A stretch of 37,906 nucleotides of DNA. Origin: a virus. Made by a program: the position numbers and the translations under genes. Every line of letters begins with the position of its first letter. The first letter of the stretch is position 1. Shown here piece after piece: positions 18,068 to 27,209 of the stretch. The stretch is from UHGV virus genome UHGV-0206542. One strand, given 5' to 3'. The notes beneath the pieces were generated by a model. That model saw only the letters and a program-made list of their open reading frames with translations. It made no database searches and had not been told where the DNA came from.

Positions 18068-20494
18068 ATGGCTGAATTTGACCCGGCGCTGGGAAGTACT
18101 TCTCCGGCGGTGCTGCTTGATAATGCCAAACGGCTGGATGAACTGGTGAACGGCCCAGCCGCCGACGTCCCCGACCGCGCCGGTGACCCGCTTTATTCGT
18201 GGAGGGGTATCCATCAGAACCTAATCCCCCTGAGCAAACAATACATGACGCTGGCAGCGGCACAGGCTGATATTGCGAATATCCCGGACGGTAGCACAAC
18301 GTATGTTCGCAGCCCAGATGGCGGCACGCTGGCAGATGAGTACATCAATAACGGCGGTACGCTGGCGGCCACCGGCAGGTCGATGCCTTCGCAGGGGTAT
18401 ATCGACAGCCTGATTAAACCTGTCGGTATTGATTCACCGGTACTGTCTGTTGCCACAAAAGACGGTCTCTCGGTCTGTTCGTTTTACGTTAACGAGGATA
18501 CCGGCAATATAGAAATGATTGTTGACAAAATCCCCCAAGTGAACGCCGATATTTTGAACCTGGATGATGTTAAAGTCCTTGCATCGGAATCCGGTATCCT
18601 GTCTTTCCAGGATAAAAACGGACTTGAGGTCGAACTTGTTGACCTGATATCGCAGATTGCCAGCGATGTTGCTCCGTCATCGGTATCAGATGATGTCGTG
18701 TGGCTCAGTGCCGACGCTGCGGCGTATATCGCTCAGAACTACAACCTGAAACGACACCCTGTTGCCGTTATCAGGCAGGGACTCAACCTCTGGTTCGTCT
18801 ACGGGCAATCATTTACGCTTGGGACAGCCGCGAGAGGGGTTTTGACCCGCACTGATAGCGCACTCGGGAACCTGATGCTGGGCCAGTCGCCACGCGGGAG
18901 TAATCTCACCCCCAGCATTCAGAATGCGTTTGCCCCTGTTGGCGGAGAGAATAAATATTACCCCCTGCGTGAGCGTCGTCAGAAAGATGACGGCACAATG
19001 ACGGCGGATGACTCGACAGACAGCACCACGTTCGGTGAAACCATTCTATCCGGCTTGCTGGAAACTTTGAAAGATAATCACAACCGCAGCAAGGGGATGG
19101 AGAACGATACCGACGTGACGTTTGCCGGTTCATGCTGTGGCACTGTTGGCGTATCCATTACTGCGCTGAAGAAGCGGACGGCGGCTGACCCGGCAAACAA
19201 TGTCGTGGGCAACCCCACATTCGCAAACTCGGCGAGCGGCTGGAGCGCCGGGACGGTAACGCCCGTTGACGGCGTGAACGTTCTGTATTCTGGCTCGTCA
19301 TACGTTGAGAGCGCGAAATTCGACGTGACTGCCGGGGCTGTTATTGAGGTGACTGGTCGTGTTTATTTCCCTACGGCTATCACCGGGACGGTACGGGTCA
19401 ATATCAGATTTGACGGGCCGTCACTATCCAACGCTGCCGTTGCTGCTCTGACTATAACCAATCCTGCTGCCGGTTCAGTTTATCAGGTCAGTCGTCGTAT
19501 AACGGTTCCCACTGGCGCGACAACCGGCATTTACCAGATTGCTAAACCTTCCTCAGTTAGTACGGGGCTTTCCTCGCCATCAGCTATCCCGGTGACAGGA
19601 GACCAGTTAACTGATTATTACGGACGCTGGCTGAGTTGTCTGAATGGACACATGGAGGCAGCTAAAACTGCCGGATATGAGCAGATTCAGGTAGCAGGCA
19701 TTATCTGGATGCAGGGTGAAAATGATACGGGAGGCATGACAACATCTGAATACCTGGGCCATCTCAACGATATCAAATCATCCATGATTGCTGACTGTCT
19801 GGCAGCAACTGGCCAGAAAGAGCCGCCGGGATTTTTTGTATATCAGACGGGTGGAATGTATGCAGGGAACACGCAGAAACTGAACGTGCAAATGGCGCAG
19901 ATTGGCATCACTGACACAGACCGTGGTGCATTTTTCCTGCACAATGAGTTCCCGTACCCACGCCCTGCTAATCACTGGTACGCGAACAGCTATCGCTGGG
20001 CGGGGTGTCAGTACGCCAAGGAGATTTACCCCGTTGTCTCCGGGCTGAATTTCACCCCGTTCAAACCACTGGATGCGGTATACGACGGCAAGGCGATTTA
20101 CGTATCGTTCAGCCCGTTGTATGCGCCGCTTGTCAAACAGTCGTTCTATACCGGAACTGTGGTAACTGACCACGACGACTACGGCTTTACTGTGATTGAC
20201 GCGAACGGCACCCACTACGGCTCGGCTATCTCAGTCGAGATTGTGTCAGATACAGTGATGAAGATTACGCCACAATTCACCCCTTCTGGCACGCTAACTG
20301 TAGTGCTGGGCGATTCAAATCATGCCGGTGGCCACAACATCGCAGACAGCGATGACCAGGTTGCGCTGTATAAGTGGACCTACGAAACGGGGTACGGCCT
20401 GGATGCCGGGGAGAATATTGCCGCCCTGGTGAATAACGCCTACCCGCTGTTTAACCGCTCTGCTTCTTATTCAATTTCTGTGAGGGCTCTGTAA
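18068..20494 (+). CDS. tail fibre / tailspike with SGNH (sialate-O-acetylesterase-like) domain
   Basis: 808 aa. GQS block (FVYGQSFTLG) and WMQGENDTGG block match the SASA/SGNH esterase signature (GQSNM ... WxQGEsD). N-terminal ~230 aa likely a virion-attachment domain. Confidence 0.7.
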   Translation: MAEFDPALGSTSPAVLLDNAKRLDELVNGPAADVPDRAGDPLYSWRGIHQNLIPLSKQYMTLAAAQADIANIPDGSTTYVRSPDGGTLADEYINNGGTLAATGRSMPSQGYIDSLIKPVGIDSPVLSVATKDGLSVCSFYVNEDTGNIEMIVDKIPQVNADILNLDDVKVLASESGILSFQDKNGLEVELVDLISQIASDVAPSSVSDDVVWLSADAAAYIAQNYNLKRHPVAVIRQGLNLWFVYGQSFTLGTAARGVLTRTDSALGNLMLGQSPRGSNLTPSIQNAFAPVGGENKYYPLRERRQKDDGTMTADDSTDSTTFGETILSGLLETLKDNHNRSKGMENDTDVTFAGSCCGTVGVSITALKKRTAADPANNVVGNPTFANSASGWSAGTVTPVDGVNVLYSGSSYVESAKFDVTAGAVIEVTGRVYFPTAITGTVRVNIRFDGPSLSNAAVAALTITNPAAGSVYQVSRRITVPTGATTGIYQIAKPSSVSTGLSSPSAIPVTGDQLTDYYGRWLSCLNGHMEAAKTAGYEQIQVAGIIWMQGENDTGGMTTSEYLGHLNDIKSSMIADCLAATGQKEPPGFFVYQTGGMYAGNTQKLNVQMAQIGITDTDRGAFFLHNEFPYPRPANHWYANSYRWAGCQYAKEIYPVVSGLNFTPFKPLDAVYDGKAIYVSFSPLYAPLVKQSFYTGTVVTDHDDYGFTVIDANGTHYGSAISVEIVSDTVMKITPQFTPSGTLTVVLGDSNHAGGHNIADSDDQVALYKWTYETGYGLDAGENIAALVNNAYPLFNRSASYSISVRAL

Positions 20495-21237
20495 TGTCTG
20501 GACTACGTATCATTGTGGATAATAACGATATTCTGAAATATGCGAAGAGCGTGAACATTCCGGTCAGAAACGGCCTGGCTCGCGCGCTGCTGATGGTGGG
20601 AGATAACCCGGAGAAAAACTATGACGGGACCGGTAGTCTGCTGTCTAAAACGGGCAGTCCGACAAAAACGACTGACCACTCGTACACATTTAACAATGCG
20701 GAGTTTATTGATACAGGCTACTCGTGGGCTGGTGATATTACTATTTTTGCAGTGGCGAAACGCCGCATCTCGGCGCTTTCTGGAAAGGCTAAATGCTATG
20801 CTACCAGCTGGTTTTCGGGTAACGGCGGGGCTGTTGGCCTGCTGACGTTGCAGGACTCCAACCTGTACGCGCACGCTATCGCCAAAAACGCCAGCAACAC
20901 GTTCTCATTCCAGAACGTGACCATTCCGATAGCGTCCGGGTCGGATAACCCTGTCTGGCAGGCAATGGCGCAGCGTATCTCGGGTCGGGTGAATACCGGC
21001 TATAACCTCACGCAGAACCTGAACGCCACCCTGACGCTCGCTGACGGCCTGAGCTGGGCCACCCGCTCAGATGTGACAATCAAAATCGGGACGGGTAACG
21101 GTCAACAAAACTCTGCTATCGAGGATTGCGAGATTGCCTGTGTATTTATTTTCAGTCGCGCTCTGACAGATGCTGAGATGACTGCCATGCATGCCTGGAT
21201 ATCAGACTGGGGGAAAAACTACGGCCTGAGCATCTAA
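20494..21237 (+). CDS. tail-fibre-associated protein, unknown function
   Basis: 247 aa. taATG overlap with the tailspike gene. Asn/Thr/Ser-rich beta-like composition. Confidence 0.5.
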   Translation: MSGLRIIVDNNDILKYAKSVNIPVRNGLARALLMVGDNPEKNYDGTGSLLSKTGSPTKTTDHSYTFNNAEFIDTGYSWAGDITIFAVAKRRISALSGKAKCYATSWFSGNGGAVGLLTLQDSNLYAHAIAKNASNTFSFQNVTIPIASGSDNPVWQAMAQRISGRVNTGYNLTQNLNATLTLADGLSWATRSDVTIKIGTGNGQQNSAIEDCEIACVFIFSRALTDAEMTAMHAWISDWGKNYGLSI

Positions 21238-21378
21238 CAAATAACGAACGCATGTCAGAGTTATTTTTAAAGCTGGCATGCATTTATTAAGGTTATTACT
21301 CTTGGTTGCCTCTTTTAAAAGTGAATGGTTGATATAGTTTCGTGAGATAGCAATATGTCAATGATAATGACAGGGTGA

Positions 21379-22236
21379 CTAAAAAATAAGACTGGCGTTA
21401 GTGGTGAGTTTTCCCGCTATATAGAAATGGAAAAACTGATGAGTAAACATTATACTCATGGAGTTCTTTCCTATGCTATTGATAGGGCTACTTTGGACTT
21501 TTTTACTTATTAATATCATGCATACTGACATAATAATTGCCGCCATGAAGCTCACGAACGGTATCCCATATACTGATGCCTTCATGTCAAAACTCATCTG
21601 ATTTTGATGGTCAAAGTAAAACCAGATAAAAATAGTGCACAGCAGGAAGTAAATTATTGGCTTTATGTTTACCCTGGTTTTCTTGAAAAGATAACCGATA
21701 TACATAAATGGTAGTGCCTGTAATGAGACGGTGATATTTAGTGGAGATGGGTAATGGAGTAGATCACTGCATAAATATGACAAGCATAATGAAAATAAAG
21801 CAAGGGGGGCAGTGTATTTTAAACCAAATTTAGAGATTAGGACGTTAAGCGCTTGTTGAGCAAAAAAGAAAACAGTAACAAACCAGAATACGCCAGTTAT
21901 TCCAGAAAGAAGCTGCCCTCCATAAATGGCTCTTAAAACTACATTCAAGATTGAATGAATGTCATTGCCTTTGTATAAAAGCTCAGCGATAAGAAAGGCG
22001 GTAAATAATATAAGATATTTTAAATAAGGCACAAGCAGTCTTGATGACTTATTTTTGAGGTATTCTGAAACAGGCTTTGGGCTATATAGATAGCCACCAA
22101 GAAAGAAGAAGAACGGCATATGAAACAAAAATATCACATTGGATATTTTTTCATCTAACGTATGGCCTGCTACAACCAATATAATTCCAATGCCTTTTGC
22201 AGCATCAACCCAATCATAAGATTCAAAAGTTTTCAT
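21379..22236 (-). CDS. acyltransferase family 3 membrane protein (O-antigen/glycan O-acetyltransferase-like); lysogenic-conversion moron
   Basis: N-terminus MKTFESYDWVDAAKGIGIILVVAGH...FHMPFFFFLGGY is the acyltransferase_3 (OafA/Oac-type) signature. Multi-TM. Very AT-rich, on the opposite strand to the structural genes. Confidence 0.8.
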   Translation of the reverse strand: MKTFESYDWVDAAKGIGIILVVAGHTLDEKISNVIFLFHMPFFFFLGGYLYSPKPVSEYLKNKSSRLLVPYLKYLILFTAFLIAELLYKGNDIHSILNVVLRAIYGGQLLSGITGVFWFVTVFFFAQQALNVLISKFGLKYTAPLALFSLCLSYLCSDLLHYPSPLNITVSLQALPFMYIGYLFKKTRVNIKPIIYFLLCTIFIWFYFDHQNQMSFDMKASVYGIPFVSFMAAIIMSVCMILISKKVQSSPINSIGKNSMSIMFTHQFFHFYIAGKLTTNASLIF

Positions 22237-22488
22237 TGACTGACCAAGCGACAAGATGTAGTTAGCGCAATAGTAAAGCATTAACATCTAAATTTCAACC
22301 TGTTCACCTTGCAGTATAGGTAGGCCAACTACACGTTGAGAGGTATTACATGTATTAATATGATTTTTTTGATATTAATTAGTATAACATATGCGCATTG
22401 CATGTAAAAAATAGAACATTTAAGTTTCAACGAACTTCAATACCAGAATGATAGTTAATTGGCTATTTATCTATTCTGGTTGGGATGA

Positions 22489-22641
22489 AAAGATCGCGAT
22501 TTGGTTGGTCCTTACAACTCAGATGCAGGGGCAGCGCATGCATTCCTCAGAATGATGGAGAGCGGTGCAACCCGGCAGCAGGTGGCTGATGTGATAGGTG
22601 TAGACGTGAAAACAATCTACAAGTACCTCCCGGCGACTTGA
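22489..22641 (+). pseudogene. serine recombinase (Hin/Gin/Pin-type invertase) C-terminal HTH remnant, copy 1
   Basis: Translates as KDRDLVGPYNSDAGAAHAFLRMMESGATRQQVADVIGVDVKTIYKYLPAT*. Close to the Hin C-terminus (GRPRAINKHEQEQISRLLEKGHPRQQLAIIFGIGVSTLYRYFPAS). An in-frame stop lies immediately upstream, so there is no N-terminal catalytic domain. Confidence 0.6.
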
Positions 22642-22718
22642 AGACAAAGATTTCACTACTTTTCCTGATATGTTACGTTTGGCTTAATCAATTCATTCAG
22701 CTTTGAAAACAGTTTGGT

Positions 22719-23141
22719 TTGTTCGTGAACGGTAAGAAAACAATAAGTTTTGAGCAATTTTTAACTATTAACAGCAATCTTGTTTCCATCTCAGATACAT
22801 GGGCTGACTTGTGGGCGTTAATTTTTCACACGGGTTTAAGCGCTGGAAGGCTGCTGAGTATTCGATATGATGATATTGATGGTGACTTGATACTGATACG
22901 AAAACAGGGTCACCTGAAGGAGCTACGTGTTAAATCAACCCCTCCAGTGGAGGCGATGATTGCTCGTAGAAGAGAACGCTATCCAGAAGATGTTTATTTA
23001 TTTCAGAGTCATTCTAACCGTGTGAAGTACCATCGCCGGCCGGTCACTATAATTGCTTTCAACGCCGCTTTACGTCGCGCCGCTAGATCATTACCAGACG
23101 TTAACGTAAGCAGTAGTAGCGCGAGAAACATACCGGACTAA
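22719..23141 (+). pseudogene. tyrosine recombinase (integrase/Fim-type) internal fragment
   Basis: LIFHTGLSAGRLLSIRYDDIDGDLILIRKQGH...VYLFQS matches box I and the central part of tyrosine recombinases. The HxxR...Y C-terminal catalytic residues and the N-terminal domain are missing. Confidence 0.5.
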
Positions 23142-23156
23142 GCGCCTGTCCAGTAG

Positions 23157-23240
23157 CGTGTGGCCGATGTGACAGGCGTGGGAGTGAAGACGATTTACAA
23201 ATATTTGCCAGTACAATACGGCGATAAAAAATCCCCTTGA
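23157..23240 (+). pseudogene. serine recombinase C-terminal HTH remnant, copy 2
   Basis: VADVTGVGVKTIYKYLPVQYGDKKSP*. Nucleotide-level repeat of copy 1 (gtggccgatgtgacaggcgtgggagtgaagacgatttacaaatat). Confidence 0.55.
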
Positions 23241-23258
23241 GCAGGCACACTCAAGGGG
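23222..23258 (-). terminator. rho-independent terminator (minus strand)
   Basis: Hairpin ccccttgag-N8-ctcaagggg. On the minus strand it is followed by attttttat. ~275 bp downstream of the int stop. Confidence 0.5.
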
Positions 23259-23379
23259 AAAATACTACATAACATCATTGCTGTGTGCGTCTTTGCGCTC
23301 GTCTATCTTCCAAGAAGATGCCTAAAGCTTCCAGATATTTCTGGTCTGAGCAGTTAAAACATTGTGTCTGTGGCCTATG

Positions 23380-23445
23380 TGCTCGGAGGGGGTGAAGACG
23401 ATTTATAAAGATTTCCCGGATAGCATACTGCATGAGGCTGGGTGA
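23380..23445 (+). pseudogene. serine recombinase C-terminal HTH remnant, copy 3 (most decayed)
   Basis: ...SEGVKTIYKDFPDSILHEAG*. gtgaagacgatttataaagatttccc is near-identical to copy 2. Confidence 0.45.
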
Positions 23446-23533
23446 GGATTTGGTGTAAAAACCCACCCGGCAGCCGTATATAAGACCTGCCGAGTAGGCG
23501 TGGGCTCAGGCAGGGGGAGCACCGCTTTTGATT

Positions 23534-24640
23534 CTACTCAATGTTTTTGCTTTTCTGCAACTTATCGAATTTCTCATGCAGCGTTTTCGGAAATAGCTCA
23601 GTGTAAACCTGCCACAATATATTGAGTGAACGATGTCCTGTGACCTGCGCTACCTCTTCAATACTGAATCCTGCTTCAAACAGACGGCTTGCCCCTTCGC
23701 GCCGTAGATCGTGATACCTCAGATCCTCAATCCCCAACTCGTCACGAACGCGCCGATACATGGCTGTTATACTTTTCGGATTGAACGGGAATACCCTGTC
23801 GTCAACATGAGGCTGCATCGTCAATATCCTCCAGGCATCACCAAGTAAGGGCACTAACATGTGGTTGCCGATTTTTTTCCTCGGGTCCTTCCTGTCTCTA
23901 ACGATAACAGAACGCTGAATATCGTCCACATCCTCCCAGAGAAGACGACAAACCTCTCCAACCCTCATACATGTAAGTATGGAAAACATAAATATTTGAT
24001 GTAATGGCGCCCCGGTGTATGCCGTTTCGGCCTTAACTTTAAGAACTTCATACAACCGATCAACCTCGGTAGCACTTGCGCGGCGACTACGTCGCTGTGA
24101 AGGACCTGTGATCCCCATATTTCTCAACCAAACTTTAGCGTCAGATAATTCGTTCAAATTAGCTGGGGCGCCAAAAAGTGGCTTGGCCGCTTCAAGCGCA
24201 ACACTTAAATACGATACGTCCTGAGAGATAGTGGAAGGCGCAAGTCCTTGCGCTTTTCGGGTCTGGCAGTGCTCGATAATATGTTTTGCGGTCAAGTCCG
24301 TAAGTTTGATTTCTGCCAGAAAGGAACGGCCAAGGGTGCGGAGAGAGCTTCTTTTTGATGCGCCGAGCGTTATGTTTGGGTGGTTTTCATACTGAGTAAG
24401 CAGGTCACCAACAGTTATAACAGAGATCTCTTTCATCTCTTTTTCTGGCTCTGGGAGACCATGCTCTTCAATGTATGCTACACGTTTAGCCCCCCAGGAC
24501 TTCGCAAGGGTGTTCTTGGAGAAGGTTTTGTTCTCCCGGTGGACGTACTTACCATTTTGTTTAACGGCTACAGTACAGCGATAACGGGCAGTTCCATCAC
24601 TGCGTAATCTTTTCTCTATGGTGAAGAAAGCCATATCCAA
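23534..24640 (-). CDS. int: site-specific integrase (tyrosine recombinase)
   Basis: 368 aa. C-terminal HDLRREGASRLFEAGFSIEEVAQVTGHRSLNILWQVYTEL carries the R...HxxR...Y catalytic signature. N-terminal arm-binding-like domain. Confidence 0.9.
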   Translation of the reverse strand: MDMAFFTIEKRLRSDGTARYRCTVAVKQNGKYVHRENKTFSKNTLAKSWGAKRVAYIEEHGLPEPEKEMKEISVITVGDLLTQYENHPNITLGASKRSSLRTLGRSFLAEIKLTDLTAKHIIEHCQTRKAQGLAPSTISQDVSYLSVALEAAKPLFGAPANLNELSDAKVWLRNMGITGPSQRRSRRASATEVDRLYEVLKVKAETAYTGAPLHQIFMFSILTCMRVGEVCRLLWEDVDDIQRSVIVRDRKDPRKKIGNHMLVPLLGDAWRILTMQPHVDDRVFPFNPKSITAMYRRVRDELGIEDLRYHDLRREGASRLFEAGFSIEEVAQVTGHRSLNILWQVYTELFPKTLHEKFDKLQKSKNIE

Positions 24641-24932
24641 ACCTTAAACTGTGGGGTGCTGTGTGGGGTGCTGATAACAACATAATGGGTTAAAACGGGT
24701 GAAAATAGCCTAAAATATAACTGTCTAGATATCCAGTGTATTTTTATATATTACTGATATTGTTATATATATTTTATAGGGTCTGATTTGTGGCTACGAT
24801 TGAACATGAATGGAATAAATAATTAAAACAATAGGATGTGTTGTTTTGGGGTTCTATTGGGATGCCGAGTGATGCAAAAATAAAACCGGATGCTACATAA
24901 TGGGCGGCATCCGGAATTGAGTTACAGTGTCA

Positions 24933-25193
24933 CTAATGATCGCTTTTCATCTTTTCCAGGAGGTCCCGGCCTTTCTTCAACTGCGCATCAATGTGATTCG
25001 CAAGGTCTTGAATGTGGATCATGCGCGGTGCTTTTTGGCTTTCTGCGGCTCGGAAAGTTGGAATGGGGATCTCGCCCATCGCAGCGCGTTTTTCCGCTGT
25101 TGCCGGTTTCAGCCCAAAATACTTTTCGCATACCTGGCTGAGCGGAACCGTAGCAGACCCGTATTCGGCCATTAACAAAAACATCGTGTTCAT
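24933..25193 (-). CDS. xis: excisionase-like DNA-binding protein (PrtN/AlpA-like family)
   Basis: MNTMFLLMAEYGSATVPLSQVCEKYFGL...IPIPTFR...MIHIQDLANHIDAQ resembles the PrtN-type family found next to integrases. RBS gaggtga. Immediately upstream of int on the same strand. Confidence 0.6.
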   Translation of the reverse strand: MNTMFLLMAEYGSATVPLSQVCEKYFGLKPATAEKRAAMGEIPIPTFRAAESQKAPRMIHIQDLANHIDAQLKKGRDLLEKMKSDH

Positions 25194-25326
25194 CTTCACC
25201 TCATACCACAATCAGGCCACGACAGTGGCGCCACAATTCAAATTCTCTTTTCATGTCGCTAACTCCTTAAGAACCAGGCAATGGCGAAAGCACAACCGAC
25301 GGTGCAAAACGCTGTAGGCCAGTCCA

Positions 25327-25710
25327 TCACTTCGCCTCGACCTTGATGTCTGCGGCGCGAGGAATATTTACCTCAGCAATTCGCACGGTGGGCTTATACA
25401 TCTCGATAGCAGTTAGCCAGTCGGCTCCAGTCATCCGTTTTTCGGCATCACCATTAATCCACGTTACTGGCACCCCGATAGCCTTCAAGGCGATCTCAAT
25501 TTCGCCAGCAATCGCGCTCTTACCACAGCCAGTAAAACCGGCCACAGTAACCAATACCTCACCTCGGCCAACGGTGGAGGCGATGGACTCCAGCGTATTA
25601 GCGATTTCTTCCAGTTGTTCTACGCTCAAGCAAGACGCGCGCTCACTTGTCAGTGCGGCCATGTCAGCCCAATGGCGCACACGCTGCGTCAGATCAGTGA
25701 TATTACTCAT
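25327..25710 (-). CDS. small P-loop (Walker A) protein, unknown function
   Basis: 127 aa with GFTGCGKS (GxxGxGKS) Walker A. No other recognisable domain. Confidence 0.5.
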   Translation of the reverse strand: MSNITDLTQRVRHWADMAALTSERASCLSVEQLEEIANTLESIASTVGRGEVLVTVAGFTGCGKSAIAGEIEIALKAIGVPVTWINGDAEKRMTGADWLTAIEMYKPTVRIAEVNIPRAADIKVEAK

Positions 25711-25931
25711 CGCTTAGCCTCCCTGATCAGATGTTTATAGGCCCGCAGCGCGTGATGTGTCTTTCCGCTTAAGAGCGTTTTCATAATGAAAAAACCGCTT
25801 CTCTGGCTGGTCATTTCAGTCGTGAGAAGCAACGCTACATCAACCGCCCGGTTGTGCCGGCGGAACTCAAAGACAGTGCTGGTTACCGTAATAACTGAAA
25901 CCGATCCTTGATCGTTAAATTCGATTTTCAT
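25707..25931 (-). CDS. hypothetical early protein
   Basis: 74-aa ORF, 4-nt overlap with the downstream gene (coupled). Confidence 0.4.
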   Translation of the reverse strand: MKIEFNDQGSVSVITVTSTVFEFRRHNRAVDVALLLTTEMTSQRSGFFIMKTLLSGKTHHALRAYKHLIREAKR

Positions 25932-26491
25932 GGTTGACGGTTCTCCCCCTTAAAATAATTATCACGGCAAGGCATAACGACCAGCTCAGGGTTTCCGTAC
26001 ATGCGGTTGATATGCTCATTAAATTGGAACCGTACTGCGTCGAACTCACCTGATGGACGAAGCTGAACAGGGACAAACTTTTCTTCACGTCCAAAAATCT
26101 TTGCCGGATAGCTCAGGTATTCCGCCTGGATAGCTGGGCTAACGCTAAAGTCCCGTGTTTTCGGGATGACGCGCTCCAAGTCAGGGAAGCGTCCACTCAG
26201 TAGCTTAATGCCAGTAATGGACAGGCGATTCTGGTGCTGGTCACGATGAATTGCGATCGGCTCCTTATTGAAGATCAGCTCCGTTGTTTCCGCCTTGACT
26301 GGCACGCAGCCTTCAAACTGGACGATGATATTTTTCTTCGTCCTGATTCCATGCTGCATACGCAGTGCTACATGACCGTTGGTTCCCTCAATGTATTTCG
26401 GGGTGATATGGACTCCGCACAGATAGTAGCGGGCATCATTTTTTGCAACGCACACCAGAGCGGCTCGGATCAGCTTTGAAGGTATGATCAT
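25928..26491 (-). CDS. beta sliding clamp (DnaN)-like truncated protein
   Basis: DARYYLCGVHI..IEGTNGHVAL and ITGIKLLSGRFPDLERVIPK match DnaN domain II (VRYYLNGMLFETEG..LRTVATDGHRLAV; FTSKLVDGRFPDYRRVLPK). Only ~1.5 clamp domains are present, in 187 aa. Confidence 0.55.
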   Translation of the reverse strand: MIIPSKLIRAALVCVAKNDARYYLCGVHITPKYIEGTNGHVALRMQHGIRTKKNIIVQFEGCVPVKAETTELIFNKEPIAIHRDQHQNRLSITGIKLLSGRFPDLERVIPKTRDFSVSPAIQAEYLSYPAKIFGREEKFVPVQLRPSGEFDAVRFQFNEHINRMYGNPELVVMPCRDNYFKGENRQP

Positions 26492-27204
26492 GCTTTATCT
26501 TCCCATCCGATAGCCTGAAAGAGTCCCATTTTCGGGTGATACCAACGGGTCCCGCGTGGTTCGGCTTCTGCCATCATTTGGCGGAATGCTTTCATGAAAG
26601 GCTCAAGCTCCACGATAGCCCGGCGAGACAGCAGACCATCAGGCGTCATGAACTCGTGCGTATCGGTTGGGATACGGTATGCGTTAACAAGGTTTCGGCA
26701 CTTGGCATCGGTCATGCCGCTTTTTGCGACCACCTGGCGATAACCGACATACCCGGCCCGCATATTTCCACGCTTAATGTTTTCGACAGCTTCCGCGACG
26801 GTTTCAACCTGTTCTTCTACCTGATACAGCCGGCGTTCCTGCTCGAGATTCAAAAGGGCCATTTCTGCGATCAGTTCGGCCTGTGATTTTGGACGCGAGC
26901 GCTCCTCTTCCAGTTCTTTCCAGCGATCTACCAGCCTGGCGGTAAACTCGGGGCTGAGTTGCGCGACCACAATGATGCTGTCGCGTTTGCCTTGCTCATC
27001 TGTGAAGCGGAATACCTGCATTGTCCGCGGACGCCCCATAGAGTCTGTTCCGGGTTCGTCCACCAACGGTGGCTGGACAATAACGCGAGCATCTACCAGC
27101 CGTTCAATGGTACGTTTCACACTGTCATGACGACTATTAACTAATTCGGAGATTTCAAGGCTGGTCATGGATGGTTTGTTAGTGATCAAGTTATTCATCA
27201 TCAT
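26488..27204 (-). CDS. Rha-family phage regulatory protein
   Basis: N-terminal ...MTSLEISELVNSRHDSVKRTIERLV matches the Rha (pRha) DNA-binding domain. The track ORF begins at a TTG; the first ATG is at 27204, preceded by RBS gagggg. Confidence 0.65.
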   Translation of the reverse strand: MMMNNLITNKPSMTSLEISELVNSRHDSVKRTIERLVDARVIVQPPLVDEPGTDSMGRPRTMQVFRFTDEQGKRDSIIVVAQLSPEFTARLVDRWKELEEERSRPKSQAELIAEMALLNLEQERRLYQVEEQVETVAEAVENIKRGNMRAGYVGYRQVVAKSGMTDAKCRNLVNAYRIPTDTHEFMTPDGLLSRRAIVELEPFMKAFRQMMAEAEPRGTRWYHPKMGLFQAIGWEDKA

Positions 27205-27209
27205 TCCCC

